This document shows, piece after piece, positions 50,746-64,000 of a DNA stretch of 64,000 nt (positions are counted from its first letter, which is position 1; every line of letters starts with the position of its first letter). This DNA is from Mobula hypostoma (lineage: Eukaryota), in NCBI RefSeq assembly GCF_963921235.1, contig NC_086097.1:140246001-140310000 (forward strand), written 5' to 3'. The notes beneath the pieces were generated by a model. That model was not told the origin of the DNA and did no database searches. It saw nothing but the letters and a program-made list of their open reading frames with translations. The translations under genes were made by a program, and so were the position numbers.

Positions 50746-50929
50746 ATAAATAAGTAAACTATTATGGGTCTCAGTGAAACTACATCTAAAGTAGTGCCGA
50801 CAGTTTTGATATTATCAATGGAAGGATATACTTGTCTAAGAGACAGGGCAACAAGATTTGTAAGGCAGTTTTCTGCAATGAGGAGATTGTCATAACAACT
50901 ACTCAAAACCAGAATGGGTTGGTCAGATA

Positions 50930-51066
50930 GGGACACAAGATACTGCAGATGCTGGAATCTGCAGCAACAACAACAATCTGCTAGAGGAACTCGGTGGTTC
51001 AAACAGCATCTGCAGGGAAAAGGAAAGTCAACATTTTTGGGTTGAAACGCCGCATTAGAAACTGAA
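50930..51066 (-). repeat. Isolated degenerate PLE terminal repeat
   Basis: Reverse complement: decayed hammerhead, then gatgctg...gagttcctctagcag...ttccagcatctgcag. Confidence 0.6.
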
Positions 51067-51069
51067 GGG

Positions 51070-51310
51070 CAGTATGCTGGCAGAGCAGGTAGCACTGGTA
51101 CCTTACAGCTTCAAGGGTCCAGTTTTACTCTTGATCTCCTGCTGTATTCTGAATTTGCACGTTTTCCGTGATTGCAGAGGTTTCTCTAGGTGCTCCCATT
51201 TCATTTTACATCCCAAGGACATGCTGCTGGGTTCTTTGGCTCCTATAAGTTGGTATGGGTCAATGACAAATTGAATTAGTGGTCAGTTGGTGAGCATATA
51301 TATGACGGAA
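51070..51310 (+). mobile_element. V-SINE, degenerate
   Basis: gtttttctctaggtgctcccatttc...catcccaaggacatg-like V-domain. Confidence 0.5.
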
Positions 51311-51479
51311 TAAGTTACGGGGGTATAAGAAAATAAGGAAGGGGAAAGGAGAATAAAAGGATTGCTCTTCCGCAGTGGGCCAAATGGCTACTTTCTGCGT
51401 CATTCTGATTATAAGACTTCCATGGGCAAGGAAGCCTATAGTCAGGAGTCTCTGCAGAGTTTGTTCCTTTAGGATAAAG

Positions 51480-54400
51480 TAGAATTTCTTCTCTATTGCA
51501 AAAGGGGTGGGAGGGAGGAGAATGACATATCGGGGCACAGCAGAAGCTGCAGCCAGGATTGTGGCACTGTGGCTGGTAGGGATGGGTAAAGCCAGGCAGA
51601 TTGATAGTGATAATGATAGAAGACTTGATAGAGGGATGGACAGCAGACTCTGTGTCCGCGAAAGAGTAGGCAGGATAGTGTGTTGCTTCGCATGTTCTAG
51701 GGTCCAGGATGTCTCAGACTAGCTGCAGAAGAATCTCAAAAGGGAGTTTAAACAGCCAGAAGTGGTGGTGCACATTAGCACCAATGACATAGGTAAAAAG
51801 GGGAAGAGGTTCTGTGCAGTGAGTATAGGGAGTTAGGCAAGAGGGCTGAAGAGCAACAGCAGCACCTCCAAGGTAGTAATCTCTGGATTACTGAGTACCA
51901 CATGTCAGTGAGGGCAGAAATAGGATGATAATACAGAGGAATGAGTGGCTGAGGAACTGTTGTACCAACAGGGTTTCTGATTTCTGGATCATTGGGATCT
52001 CTTGTGGGGAAGGCATGATCTGCATAACAAGGATGGGTTAGACCTGAACCCCAGGAAAACCAATACCCTTGTGGGAGAGTTTGCTAGAGCTGTTGGAGAG
52101 GGTTTAAACTAATTTGGACAGAGGCTAGGAACCAGAGTGATAGGGCTGAGAATGGGGCAGTTGGAATACAAGTCAATGCAGTGTGTAGTGAGACTGTGAG
52201 AAAAGACAGGCAGATGGTAGGGAAAATTTGATGTCAGTGTGATGTGTTGAAGTGTAACATGAGGGCAAAATCGAAAAAGCTTATGAGTACAGGACTAAAA
52301 GTATTACATTTGAATGCATGCAATACACAGAATAAAGGAGATTAATTTGCATCGCAGATGGAGATTGGCAAGTATGATGTTGTGGGCATCACTGAGTCAC
52401 GGCTGAAAGAAGATCATTGTGAGAAGCTTAACATCCAAGGATATATCTTGTAGCAAAAAGACATGCAAGTAGATAGAGGGGGTGGGGTAGTTCTGTTGAT
52501 AAAATTGAAATCAAATCCTTAGAAAGAGGTGATATAGTATTGGAGGATATAGAACCTTGTGGGTTGAGTTAAGAAACTGCAAGGATAAAAAGACCCTGGT
52601 GGAAGTTATACACAGGCCTCCAAGCAGTAACCAGGATTTGGGATATAAATTTCAACAGGAAATAGAAAAGGCATGTTATAAGGGTAATGTTACAAAAGTT
52701 ATGGGGGAATTTCAATATGCAGGTAGATCGTGAAAATCAGGTTGGTGCTGGTTCCCAAGAGAGGGAATTTGTAGAATGCCTAAGAGATGGGTTTTTGCAG
52801 CAGCTTATAATTAAGCCCACTAGGGGAAAGGCAATTCTGGATTGAGAGCTGTGTAGTGAACAAGATTTGATTTGGGAGCTTAAGGTAAAGGAACCCTGAG
52901 GAGCCAATGATAATAATATAATAGATTTCATCCTGTAGTTTGAGAAGGAGATGAAAGTCAGATATAGCTGTATTATAGTGGAGTAAAGGGGATTACAGAG
53001 GCATGAGAGAAGAACTGCCAAAGTTGATTGAAAGGGGACACTATCAGGGATGATGTCAAAACAGCAGTAGCTGGAGTTTCTGGAGGCAACTTGGAAAGTG
53101 AAGGATAGATACATCCCAAAGAAGAAGGGTCCTAAAGGGAGGATGAGACAACCGTGGCTGATGAGGGAAGTCAGATATAGCTTTAAAGCAAAAGAGAGTG
53201 CATATAAATAGCAAAAGTTAGTAGGAAGTTGAAGGATTGGGAAGCTTTTAAAAACCAACAGAGAGCACCTAATAAAACCATAAGGACAGAAAAGATAAAA
53301 TATGAAGGCAAGCGAGCTAATATTGTCAAAGAAGATAGCAAAAGTTTTTTTTCAGATAAATAAAGAGTAAAAGAGAGGCAAGAGTAGATATTGGACTAAT
53401 GGAAAATGACGCTGAAGAGATGGGGGGCAAAGAAATAGAGGACGAACTTAATAAGTACTTTATGTCAATCTTCACTGGGGAAGACACGAGCAATATGCCA
53501 GAAATTCAAGAGTGTCAAGGGGCAGAAGTGAGGTGCCATTGCTATTACTAAGGAAAAGGTTCTTGGGAAGCTGAAAAGTCTGAAGGTAACTAACTCTCCT
53601 AGACTAGATGGACTGCACCCCAGGGTTCTGAAAGAGGTAGCTGAAGAGATTGTAGGGTCATTAGCAATGATTTTTCAAGAATCACTAGATTCTGGAATGG
53701 TTCTGGAGGACTGGAAAATTGCAAATGTCATTTCATTCTTTAAGAAGGGAGAGAGGCAGAAAAAAAGAAAATTATAGGCCAGTTAGCCTAACTTCAGTGG
53801 GTGGGAAGATGTTAGAGTCCATTATTAAGGATGAGGTCTCATGGTACTTGGAGGTGCATGATTAAGTCCTGAAGGCCAAAGTCAGCATGGTTTCTTTAAG
53901 GGGAAATTTTGCCTGGCAAATCTATTGGAATTCTATGAGGAAGTAACAAGCAGGATAGGCAAGGAGAGTTAGTGGATGTTGTTTACTTGGATTTTCAGAA
54001 AGCCTTTAACAAGGTGTTGCACATGAGAGTGCTTAACAAAATAAGAGCCTATGGTATTACAGGAAAGATACTAGCATGGATAGAGGTTTGGCTGACTAGT
54101 AGGAGGTAAAGAATCAGAATAAACAAGACCAAGTCTGGTTGGCTGCCAGTGACTAGTAGTATTCCGCAGGGTTGGTATTGGGGCCACTTCTTTTTACATT
54201 ATATGCCTACAATTTGGATGATAGAATTGATGGTTTTATGGCCAGGTTTTCAGACGATACAAAGATAAATGGATGGACAAATACTGTTGGGGAAGCAGGG
54301 AGTCCACAGAAGGACTTGAACAGATTGCAAGAATCAGCAAAGAAGTGGCAGATGGAAAATAGTGTAGGCAGTGTACGGTCATGCACTTTGGTAGAAGGAA

Positions 54401-54900
54401 TAAAGGTGTAGACCATTTTCTAAATGGGGAGAAAATTCAAAAATCAGAGTGCTTGTGAGTCCTTGTGCAGGATTCCCTAAAGGTTAACTTATAGGTTGAG
54501 CTGATGGTAAGGAAGGCAAACGCAGTGTTAGTATTCATTTTGAGAGGACTATTATACAAGATCAAGAGCGTGATGTTGAGGCTTTATAAGTATTTGGTCA
54601 GACCACAATTGGAGTATTGTGAGCAATTTTGGGCCTCTTATCGAAGAAAAGATGTGCGAGTGTTGGAGAGAGCCCGTAGGAAGTTCAAGAGAATGAGTCT
54701 GGGAATGAAAGAGTTAACGCATGAGGAGCATTTGATGACTCTGGACCTATACTTGCTGGAGTTTAGAAGGAATAGGTTGGATCTCATTGAAAGCTATCAA
54801 ATATCGAATTTCCAACGTAGAGTGGAGGTGAAAAGGATGTTTCCTATAGAGGTTGAGTTCTAGGACTACAGGGCACACCCTTGAAATAGAAGGACATCTT
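51480..54900 (+). mobile_element. CR1 LINE (esterase ORF1 + ORF2 remnants), 3' end missing
   Basis: EVVVHISTNDIG, RFSDDTK and LVRPQLEYCEQFW; stops abruptly before the usual 3' tail. Confidence 0.88.
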
Positions 54901-54904
54901 TTTT

Positions 54905-55361
54905 GACAACGGGGTTTGGAATGCTGTTGTTCTTTCTTGTGAGCTGGAAGAGAGATTTTCACGGTCTTTTTGCTGGGGAGAGATGAGGAGAGAAGACGCG
55001 AATGGAGAGAGCTGGTAGACCGCCAGATGGGGTGGATTTGGAGCGAGTGTCTGAAGGGCAGCGACGATCGGAGGAGCTCGATGGTGGACGATTGACTTAT
55101 CAGTGAGCTCCAACATTGCGCAACAGACCGTTTAATAAGATTGGGCCCTTTTTTTCATTTCTTTACTAACCATATAGTCAAAGTAAGAATTATAAAGCTT
55201 AATCATTTAATCGCAAATTGTGTACTGTTTGTTATTTTGGGGTACTGATTTGTAACAGGGGACACATTGCGCAGCATCCACCCAAACGAGATTTCTTAAG
55301 TTTGGCCGGGTCAGGGGCTATCACCCCCTATATTAAGCCGCTAGCCGAAGCGAGAGTTACA
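54905..55361 (+). mobile_element. Probable LTR 3' fragment (different family from 34661)
   Basis: CpG-rich non-CR1 block with attataaa, an AT-rich U5-like region, and a terminal ...GTTACA abutting a CR1. Confidence 0.55.
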
Positions 55362-58300
55362 CCAGTAACTTCCCTGTAATTCCATGGGCTCTTATCTTGC
55401 TAAGCAACCTCAAGTGTGGCACCTTGTCAAAGGCCTTCTAAAAATACAAGTACACCACATCTACTGCATCTCTTTTGTCTACCCTGCTTGTAATTTCTTC
55501 AAAAAATTGCAGGAGGTTAGTCAGGTAGTATTTTCCTTTCAGGAAACCATGCTGGCTTTGGGCTATCTTGTCATGTGCCTCCAGGTACTCCGTAATCTCA
55601 ACCCTAACAATCAATCCCAACGATTTCCCAACCACTGATATCAGGCTAACAGGTCTATAGTTTCCCTTCTGCTGCCTCCCACCCTTCCTAAATAGGGTAG
55701 TAACACTTGCAATTTTCCAGACATCTGGTACAATGCCAGAATCTATTGATTCTTGAAAGATCATTTTTAATGCCTCCACAATCTCTCCAGCTACTTCCTT
55801 CAGAACTTGAGGATGCATTCCATCGGGTCTAGGAGATTTATCCACCCTCAGGCCATTAAGCTTCCTGAGTACCTTCTCAGATGAAATTTTCAATGCACAT
55901 ACTTCACTTCCATGGCCCTCTTGAATGTCTAGTATACTGCAGATGTCTTCCACTGTGAAGACTGATGCAAAATATGCATTCTGTTCCTCTGCCATCTCTG
56001 CATCTCTCATTACAATATCTCCAGTGTCATTTTCTATTGGGCCTATGTCTACTCTTAACTCTCTTTTACCCTGTATATACTTAAGAAAGCTTTTAGTATC
56101 TTCTTTGATATTAGTCGCCAGCTTCCCTTTATAATTTATCTTTTCCTTCCTAATGACCTTCTTAGTTTCTTTCTGCAAGTTTTTAAAAGCTTCGCATTCC
56201 TCTATCTTCCCACTAGCTTTGGCTTCCTTGTATGCCCTCTCTTTTGCTTTTACTTTGGCTCTGACTTCGCTTGTCAGCCACAGTAGTGTCTTTCTTCCAT
56301 TTGAAAATTTCTTCTTATTTGGAATGTTTCTGTCTTGTACTTCCCTCATTTTTCGCAGAAACTCCAGCCATTGCTGCTCTGATGTCCTTGCTGCTAGAGT
56401 CCCTTTCTAGTCAACTTTAGCCAGTTCCCCTCTCATGCCATTATAATATCCTTTATTCCACTGAAATACCGACACATTGGAATTTAGCTTCTCCTTCTCA
56501 AATTTCAAAGTGAACTCGATCATATCAACAGTCTCGACTTCACCACACCTTGTTCCAATTCCAACCTCACTCCTTCCAAACGTTCTGCCCTCCACTCCCT
56601 CCGCACCAATCCTAACCTTACTATAAAACCCGCCGATGGGGGGAGGGGGTGGTGCTGTTGCAGTCTGTGTAGTCTGGCGTACTGACCTCTACCTTGCCGA
56701 GGCACAGCAACAACTTGCTGATACCTCCTCTTATTTACCCCTCGATCATGACCCCACTAAGGAGAACCAGGCCATTGTCTCCCACACCATCACCAATCTT
56801 ATCAGCTCTGGGGATCTCCCATCCACTGCCACCAACCTTATAGTTCCCACACTCCGCACTTCCCGTTTCTACCTCCTACCTAAGATCCACAAACCTGCCT
56901 GTCCGGGTAGACCCATTGTTTCAACTTGCTCCTGCCCCATCGAACTCATTTCTGCATACCTCGACACTGTTTTATCCCTGCTTGTTCAATCCCTTCTCAC
57001 TTATATTCATGACACTTCTCACGTTCTGAATTTTTTCAATGATTTTAAGTTCCCTGGCCCCAACCGCTTTATATTCACCATGGATGTCCAGTCCCTATAT
57101 ACCTCCATCCCCCACAAGAAAGGTCTCAAAGCTCTCCGCTTCTTTTTGGATTCCAGACCTAATCAGTTCCCCTCTACCACCACTCTCCTCTGTCTAGCGG
57201 AATTAGTACTTACCCTTAATAATTTCTCTTTGGCTCCTCCCACTTCCTCCAAACTAAAGGTGTAGCCATGGGCACCTGTATGGGTCCTAGCTATGCCTGC
57301 CTTTTTGTTGGCTTTGTGGAACAATCCATGTTCCAAGCCTATACCTGTATCCGTCCCCCACTTTTCCTTCGCTCCATCGACGACTGCATTGGCGCTGCTT
57401 CCTGCACGCACGATGAGCTTGTTGACTTCATTAACTTTGCCTCCAACATTCACCCTGCCCTCAAATTTACCTGGTCCATTTCTGTCACCTCCCTCCCCTT
57501 TCTTGATCTTTCTGTCTCCATCTCTGGAGACAGCTTATCTAGTGATCTCTACTATAAGCCTACGGACTCTCACAGCTACCTGGACTATTCCTCTTCCCAC
57601 CCTATCTCTTGCAACGATGCCATCCCCTTCTCACAATTCCTCCGTCTCCACCGCATCTGCTCTCAGGATGAGGCTTTTCATTCCAGGACGAAGGAGATAT
57701 CTTCCTTTTTTTAAAGAAAGGGACTTCCCTTCCTCCACCATCAACTCTGCCCTCAAACGCATCTCTCCCATTTCACACACATCTGCTCTCACCCCATCCT
57801 CCTGCCACCCCACTAGGGATAGGGTTCCCCTTATCCTCACCTACCACCCCACCAGCCTCCAGGTCCAACATATACTTCTCTGTAACTTCCGTCACCTCCA
57901 ACAGGATCCCTCCACCAAGCACATCTTTCCCTCCCCCTCTCTTTCTGCTTTCCGCAGGGATTGCTCCCTACTCGACTCCCTTGTCCATTCGTACCCCCCA
58001 TCTCTTCCCACCGATCTCCTTCCTGGCACTTAATTTGTAAGCGGAACAAGTGCTACACATGCCCTTACACTTCCTCCTTCACCACCTTTCAGTGCCCCAG
58101 ACAGTCCTTCCAGGTGAGGTGACAGTTCACCTGTGAGTCGGCTGGTGTGATATACTGTGTCCGGTGCTCCCGATGTGGCCTTCTATATAATGGCAAGCCC
58201 CAACACAGACTGGGAGACCATTTCGCTGAACACCTACACTCTGTCCACCAGAGAAAGCAGGATCTCCCAGTGGCCACACATTTTAATTCCACGTCCCATT

Positions 58301-60400
58301 CCCATTCTGATATGTCTATCCATGGCCTTCTCTACTGTCAAGATAAAGCCACACTCAGGTTGGAGGAACACCACCTTATGTTCTGTCTGTGTAGCCTCCA
58401 ACCTGATGGCATGAACATTGACTTCTCTAACTTCTGTTAATGCCCCTCCTCCCCTTCTTACCCCATCCCTTATTTATTTATTTATTTATTTATTTTAAAC
58501 TTTTTTCCCCTTTCTTTCTCTCTCACTTTTTTCTCCCTCTGTCCCTCTCATAATAACACCTTGCCTGCTCCCCATCTTCCTCTGATGCTCCCCTCCCCCT
58601 TCTTTCTCCCTAGGCCTCCCGTCCCATGATCCTCTTCCTTCTTCAGCCTTGTATCCCTTTTGCCAATCAACTTTCCAGCTCTTAGATCCATCCCTCCCCC
58701 TCCTGTCTTCTCCCATCATTTTGGATCTCCCCCTCCACTCCCCCTCCCACTTTCAAATCTCTTACTATCCCTTCTTTCAGTTAGTCGTGACGAAGGGTCT
58801 CCGCCCGAAACATCGACTGTACCTCTTCCTATAGATGCTGCCTGGCCTGCTGCGTTCCACCAGCATTTTGTATGTGTTGCTCAATCATATTGTGATCCCT
58901 GTTCCCCAAGGGTTCCTTAACCTTAAGCTCTCTTATCACTTCCGGATCATTGCACAACACCCAATCCAGCACAGCTGATCCCCTACTGAGCTCAACAAGC
59001 TGTTCTAAAAAGCTATCCCTACAAATTCTCTCTCTTGAGGTCCAGTACTGGCCTGGTTTTCCCAATCCACTTTCAAGTTAAAATCCCCAATGATTATCAT
59101 GACACTGCCCTTTTAACACGCCTTTTCTATCTCCTGCTATCATTTGTAATCCACATCCCGGCTGCTGTTTGGAGGTCTGTATACAACTGCCATTAGGGTC
59201 TTTTTACTCTTGCCATTTCTTAACTCAGCTCATAGAGACTCTATACCTTCCAATCCTATGTCATTCCTTTCTAATGATTTAATATTATTTCTTGTACACA
59301 GGGCCACACTACCCCACTCCCTCTGCCTCCTAACCTATCTTTCCGATACACCATATCCTTGAACGTTCAGCTCCCAATGGCAGGCATCCTATAGCCAAGT
59401 TTTAGAGATGACCAATCTGTAGCTGAATTTTAAGATCATCCATATTATTTCTTATGCTGTCTGCATTCAAATATAACATTTTCAGTCCAGTATTTGTTGC
59501 TTTCTGTTTTAACTGCACCATACCTCTATTGCTCTGTAAATCATTCCACTGGCTGTGATTATGCCTCATCTCTTGCCTGTCCTTTCTACCATCTCTGTTG
59601 CTCGCTACTTTTGATTTATTTCTGTTTTCCCCTTCCTCAGCCCAATCACTCTAGTTCCCATCTCCCTGCCAAATTAGTTTAAATCCTCCCTAACAGTTCT
59701 ATTAAACCTACCTGCTCAGATATTGGCCCCCTTTGGGTTCAGGTGTAACCCGTCCTTTTTGTACAGGTCATACCTCCCCCAGAAGAGGCCCCAATGATCC
59801 AGGCACCTGAAGCCCTGCCCCCTACACCAGTCTCTCAGCCACACATTGATATGCCTGATCATGCTATTCTTGTGCTCGTTAGCACATGGCACAGGCCGCA
59901 ATCCTGAGATTACTACCCTGGAGGTCCTGCTTTTCAGCTTCCTACCCAACTCCCTGAATTTTCTCTTCAGGACCTCCTCCCTTTTTCTACCTATGTCATT
60001 GGTACCAACGTGTACCAAGACTTCTGGCTGTTCATCCTTGCCCTTCAGAATACTCTGCACCTGATCCAAGACGTCACGTACCCTGGCACCTGGGAGGCAA
60101 CATACCATGTGGGTATCTCTATCAGGCTGACAGAACCTCCTGTCTGTTCCCCTCACTATGGAATCCCCTATGACTACCGCATTCCTCATCTTCTCTCCTT
60201 GCTGCACCACGGAACCAGGCTCAGTGCCAGAGACCTGATCACCATGGTCCTCGTCTGTCAGGTCACCCCCTCAACAGCATCCAAAACAAGATAATGATCA
60301 CTGAGGGGGATGGCCACGGGGGTGCTCTCTACTCTGAGCTCTTCTCATCCCTTCCTTGACTGTCACCCACTTATCTAATTCCTGCAGCCTCAGGGTGACA
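55362..60400 (-). mobile_element. CR1 LINE on the minus strand, interrupted by a PLE, 3' part missing
   Basis: ORF1 esterase VIGDSIVRG...LVHVGTND...DGLHLN (59716-60210); ORF2 piece 55438-56349 with NYRPVSL and LTNLLQFF. Confidence 0.9.
56526..58879 (+). mobile_element. Penelope-like element with RT and GIY-YIG remnants
   Basis: FYLLPKIHK, GRPIVS, MDVQSLYTSIP, MGTCMGPSYA, FLRSIDD and VIYCVRC..CGLLY. Probable 11-bp TSD ctc(g/a)atcatat at 56515-56525 and 58880-58890; decayed hammerhead at 58782-58819. Confidence 0.93.
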
Positions 60401-60509
60401 AGGCAGGAGAAATGGGGTTGAGACGGATAATATATCAGCCAATATGGAATGGCGGATTTGATGGGCCAAGTGGCCTAATTCTGTCCCTATGTCTTATGGT
60501 CTTATAAGG

Positions 60510-61735
60510 GCATGTCAGTACTCAGAAATAGTGGTGCTAATCAGAACTCTTCACTGTCAAGACAGGAGTCTAAAAGGGCTTTATCATTGTGCCCTCCATA
60601 TGTACATTTTTATTGCTGCCATCCTTCACCTCATTGGCCAAGACCAGCCACAGTGAATCTCAATCGTGTATAACATGGGCAAGAGGTTTTTCAACCTCAA
60701 CCAGTTCAAGGCCAAGAACAACATCAGCACCACCACTATCATGGAGCTGCAACATGTGGATGGCAACGTCATCACATCGCACTCTGAAGAAGACCTCCTA
60801 TGCATCCTGAATGGATTTGCCAAGGCATATAGAGCCCTGGGTCTCATTTTGAATATAACATAAGACACAGGTCCTATACCAGCCACTGCTCAACTAGCCA
60901 TTTATCCAGCCCTCCATAAAAATTTGATGATACTGTCCTTGAAAATGTAGACCAATTTCCCTGCCTTGGTAGCATTCTCTCCTCAAACGTAGAGATTGAC
61001 TCAGAGATCAGTCAGAGACGGAGTAGTGCTATTGGAGCCTATGCAAGATTAAGGAAAGAAGCCTTCGAAGATGGGACCTACAGGTCCAAACAAAACTTTT
61101 GGTCCATAGAGCAATCATCCTTCCTACATTACTATATGGGGTTGAATCATGGACCACCTACAGTAGACACCTGAAAGACCTGGAACAATATCACCAAAGA
61201 ACCTTACAAAAGATTTTAAGGATTAGCTAGAAGTACAGATGCACTAACACCAGCATACTGGAGGAGACCAACATGAATAGCATGTCCACCATGATAAAGC
61301 AATGCCAACTCCAAAGGATAGGTCATGCCATTCAGATACCTAACTTGCATCTCTCCAAACGGATAGCTGAAGAAAGGTCAGCGTGCCCATGGTGGGCAAA
61401 TGAAATGCTTCAAAGATAACCTCAAAATCACACTGAAGAAATTCAACATTACATATAAAAACTTGGAAGACATTGCACCCAATAAAAGCATCTGGAGGAA
61501 ATCTGTTCATGAGGGTGCTGCACTACATGAGAGCGACCTCTGCTGTGCTGCAGAGTACAAGTGGCAGCTGCGAAAAAAGTGAATGAACAGCCAACCCACT
61601 AAACACAGCTACCACTTATTCGTGTCCACACTGCACTCATATATGTGAATCTGAGATCAGCCTCTCGAGCCATCTGAGGACTCACCAACAGACAACCCCT
61701 TAGAACATCTTACTCAACTCGAGTGGTCACACTGT
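60510..61735 (+). mobile_element. RTE-clade LINE, 5'-truncated and decayed
   Basis: Remnants LGLILNI, FPCLGS, LLYGVESWTTYSRHLKDLEQYHQR, KCFKDNLK and a C-terminal CxxC. Confidence 0.75.
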
Positions 61736-61759
61736 CTAACTTGTGGTGAAATCAGTGAG

Positions 61760-62120
61760 TATAGTGACAATACATGGGGCCTTGGGCACGGTAGTCGGTG
61801 GATTTTAACGTAAATCAAGAATTTTACTGTTGAGCTGGTCTAATCCCATTTAGGTGAAAGGAGTCTGGACATTGAAGGGGCTACAGCAAAGGGCAGCCAT
61901 ATTAATATTTGAGAATAGGCAATTAAGTGAAAAGATGAGCAATGCTGTGAACAGTAACAGTAGAACAAGATAGCTCATGGTGGTGTTACTGAACGTTCTA
62001 TATAGTGAAGACAAGTTCAATATTAACATATTAAAAATGGGCATGGATCTTGCATAAGTGAAAAGACAATTTAGATTTAGTTTGGGTTGAATGATCTGTT
62101 TCCCTGCTGTGTGACTATGA
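61760..62120 (+). mobile_element. Old CR1 3' fragment
   Basis: Ends ...ctgtttccctgctgtgtgactatgact like the other CR1 tails. Confidence 0.45.
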
Positions 62121-64000
62121 CTTGTGGAGAAAGTTTATTGCTTGGAATACCACTGCAGAGAAAGGTAGCAGGGAAGTGGGGGAGGTGGGGAGCAGTGCAA
62201 ACTGATTGCATCAGCCCATCAACAGTGTGTTGCATATGTATCTGGTGAACATTTTAACAGAGAATACATGTGGTAAAAGTATATATTCCCTAGACACTGG
62301 GGGCAGGCAGGGACTTGTCTGGCCTTCTACATTCCTACGTTGGTGTGCAATAGTATAAGCATTTCAACTGTTACTGTGGCTATGGCTGTGTGATTGGAAT
62401 TGCAGAAATAACATGTTAAGCTATCAATTTTTCAGAGAAAAATGTTAAGGATTTAATGGCGAGGCAAAACATTTGGGCTCAAGAGCTTCAGTAAAAACAA
62501 AAACCGCACAAAGTTGCAGAAAACTGGTCAAGGAGGTGGCAGATGGAAATGCAATGACCGCCACTTCCGGACAAAGATCGCACTCTATGAGAATCAATTT
62601 AAGATGCTGTACTTTTGTGTTTTATCTCCTTTTCATACAAACTGATCAGAAATAAGAGTTTAGTGTTCACATGTTTACATCTGCTTACCAACTTCAATAT
62701 AGTTCACAAAGATTTGTGATAAATCTGTGGACAAAAAGATAAAACAGTAATCTAAAGATTTGTCAATTAATTTTTGATTAAATTACCAAGTTTTTAAGGG
62801 CTTTTGTATAGGACGTGGTGGTAATGTCTATACTTTGATGGAAGTGTTCTGATAGTTGATATCTGTGAGGGGAAGAAATGTAAAGGTACCTGGAAATTGA
62901 AAATTTTGATATGCTGAGCAAAAAAAAATTCTGCAAAAGTTCTCATTAAATTCAGTGAACTGTTAAAAAAAAATTACCAAGTTTTAAAGGCAACAGCTAA
63001 CCAAAGTAGTGACTAAGGCTAAATTTCCAGAGAAAGTACAGATGTTAATGTGATTGCAGAGAGATTGAAGCCACTTAAACACTTCTATTATTTTACTTAT
63101 TTCTTAACTTTAATTAAATTAAAGAAAACATATAAACAGATGAATTTATATGAAACCAGGAGAGAGCCACACACACTTTGATGTACTGAGTACAAATAGT
63201 AACAAGCAGGATATTCTGACCAGCCCTTCTGTCCTTGTTATGATTAAAGAAAAGCAGTTAGTTACCAAACTATAGGACAAGTTTAATAACCTAAGGAATC
63301 CTGGTGAGATGCTAATCTGGTATCACTACAAACCAGAGTTGAAATCGGCTTTCTCTCTGAATCTTAAATCTCTTACCACCTGTGAGAAATTTTAATGCTA
63401 AAATGACCTCCAATCAGTATCCACCAACACCAACTTCTCCCATCCACGCCAACAGGAAATGAAGAATCCTTTTATATTCACAATGGCAGGGTTTGGGGAC
63501 TAAACCTGATGACTCCCTTAAGCACCATCTACAGTCCTCAAAGTGAAACCATGGCAGCTCAAGGTATTAAGTTCCAGTTACACCTCATCAATCCCAACAA
63601 GAAAACTGAACATTACTTTTGTTAAGTACAATAGGCAAATTGATAAAAGCCACAATTAATGGCTCTATTTCCAACCTGAGAATTACCTGATACATAGATT
63701 ATCATTTAGTTTTGATGCTCAGCAGAGAATCCCAATCTACTTCTGACATCATGTGCTAAGCATACAGTTAACAAATCTTCCCTTTCAAATGCTAGCCCGT
63801 GGTTGTATTTCAACCAAACATACAAGCCTACAGAAACTGGAAAATGTTGAGTATGATATCCATTCCATTAAATTATGTTCTGATTCCTCTTGTAGCTCAG
63901 CAAATTTGAGCAGTTGAATCATCAAACCACAAGATTAAAGGTTAAACAACAACTCCAATTTATATAGCAACTCAATATAGAAAACAGGCCAGCTGTATTT

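Noticed and set aside
59716..60210. SGNH/GDSL esterase-like ORFs as host genes (also 19466-19774)
   Set aside because: They are the known esterase domain of CR1 ORF1, positioned directly upstream of ORF2 remnants.
31799..64000. Search for the preceding BBS9 exon (...RFKDKTP...)
   Set aside because: Not found by eye; it probably lies beyond the window.

Overview
This is eukaryotic vertebrate genomic DNA. The repeat landscape (abundant CR1 LINEs, HE1-like V-SINEs, Penelope-like elements) suggests a cartilaginous fish, which is an inference. The window lies inside the 3' part of BBS9 (PTHB1) on the minus strand. Two coding exons are recognisable (31798-31616 and 11543-11324); the rest is non-exonic and packed with nested transposons. 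These include a near-intact Tc1 (DD34E, one nonsense codon), many CR1s, Rex1/Babar and RTE fragments, Penelope-like elements whose termini carry a minimal hammerhead-ribozyme motif, and two non-autonomous Tigger/pogo copies with an internal ~224-bp hairpin. The most unusual locus is a very young Gmr1-type (SCAN-gag) Gypsy LTR element: its pol is deleted but stays in frame, its 3' LTR is clipped, and it is flanked by a 200-bp target duplication instead of a short TSD. No prokaryotic features, CRISPR arrays or rRNA/tRNA genes were seen. Boundaries of degraded repeats are approximate, and family assignments come from recalled motifs, not database searches.
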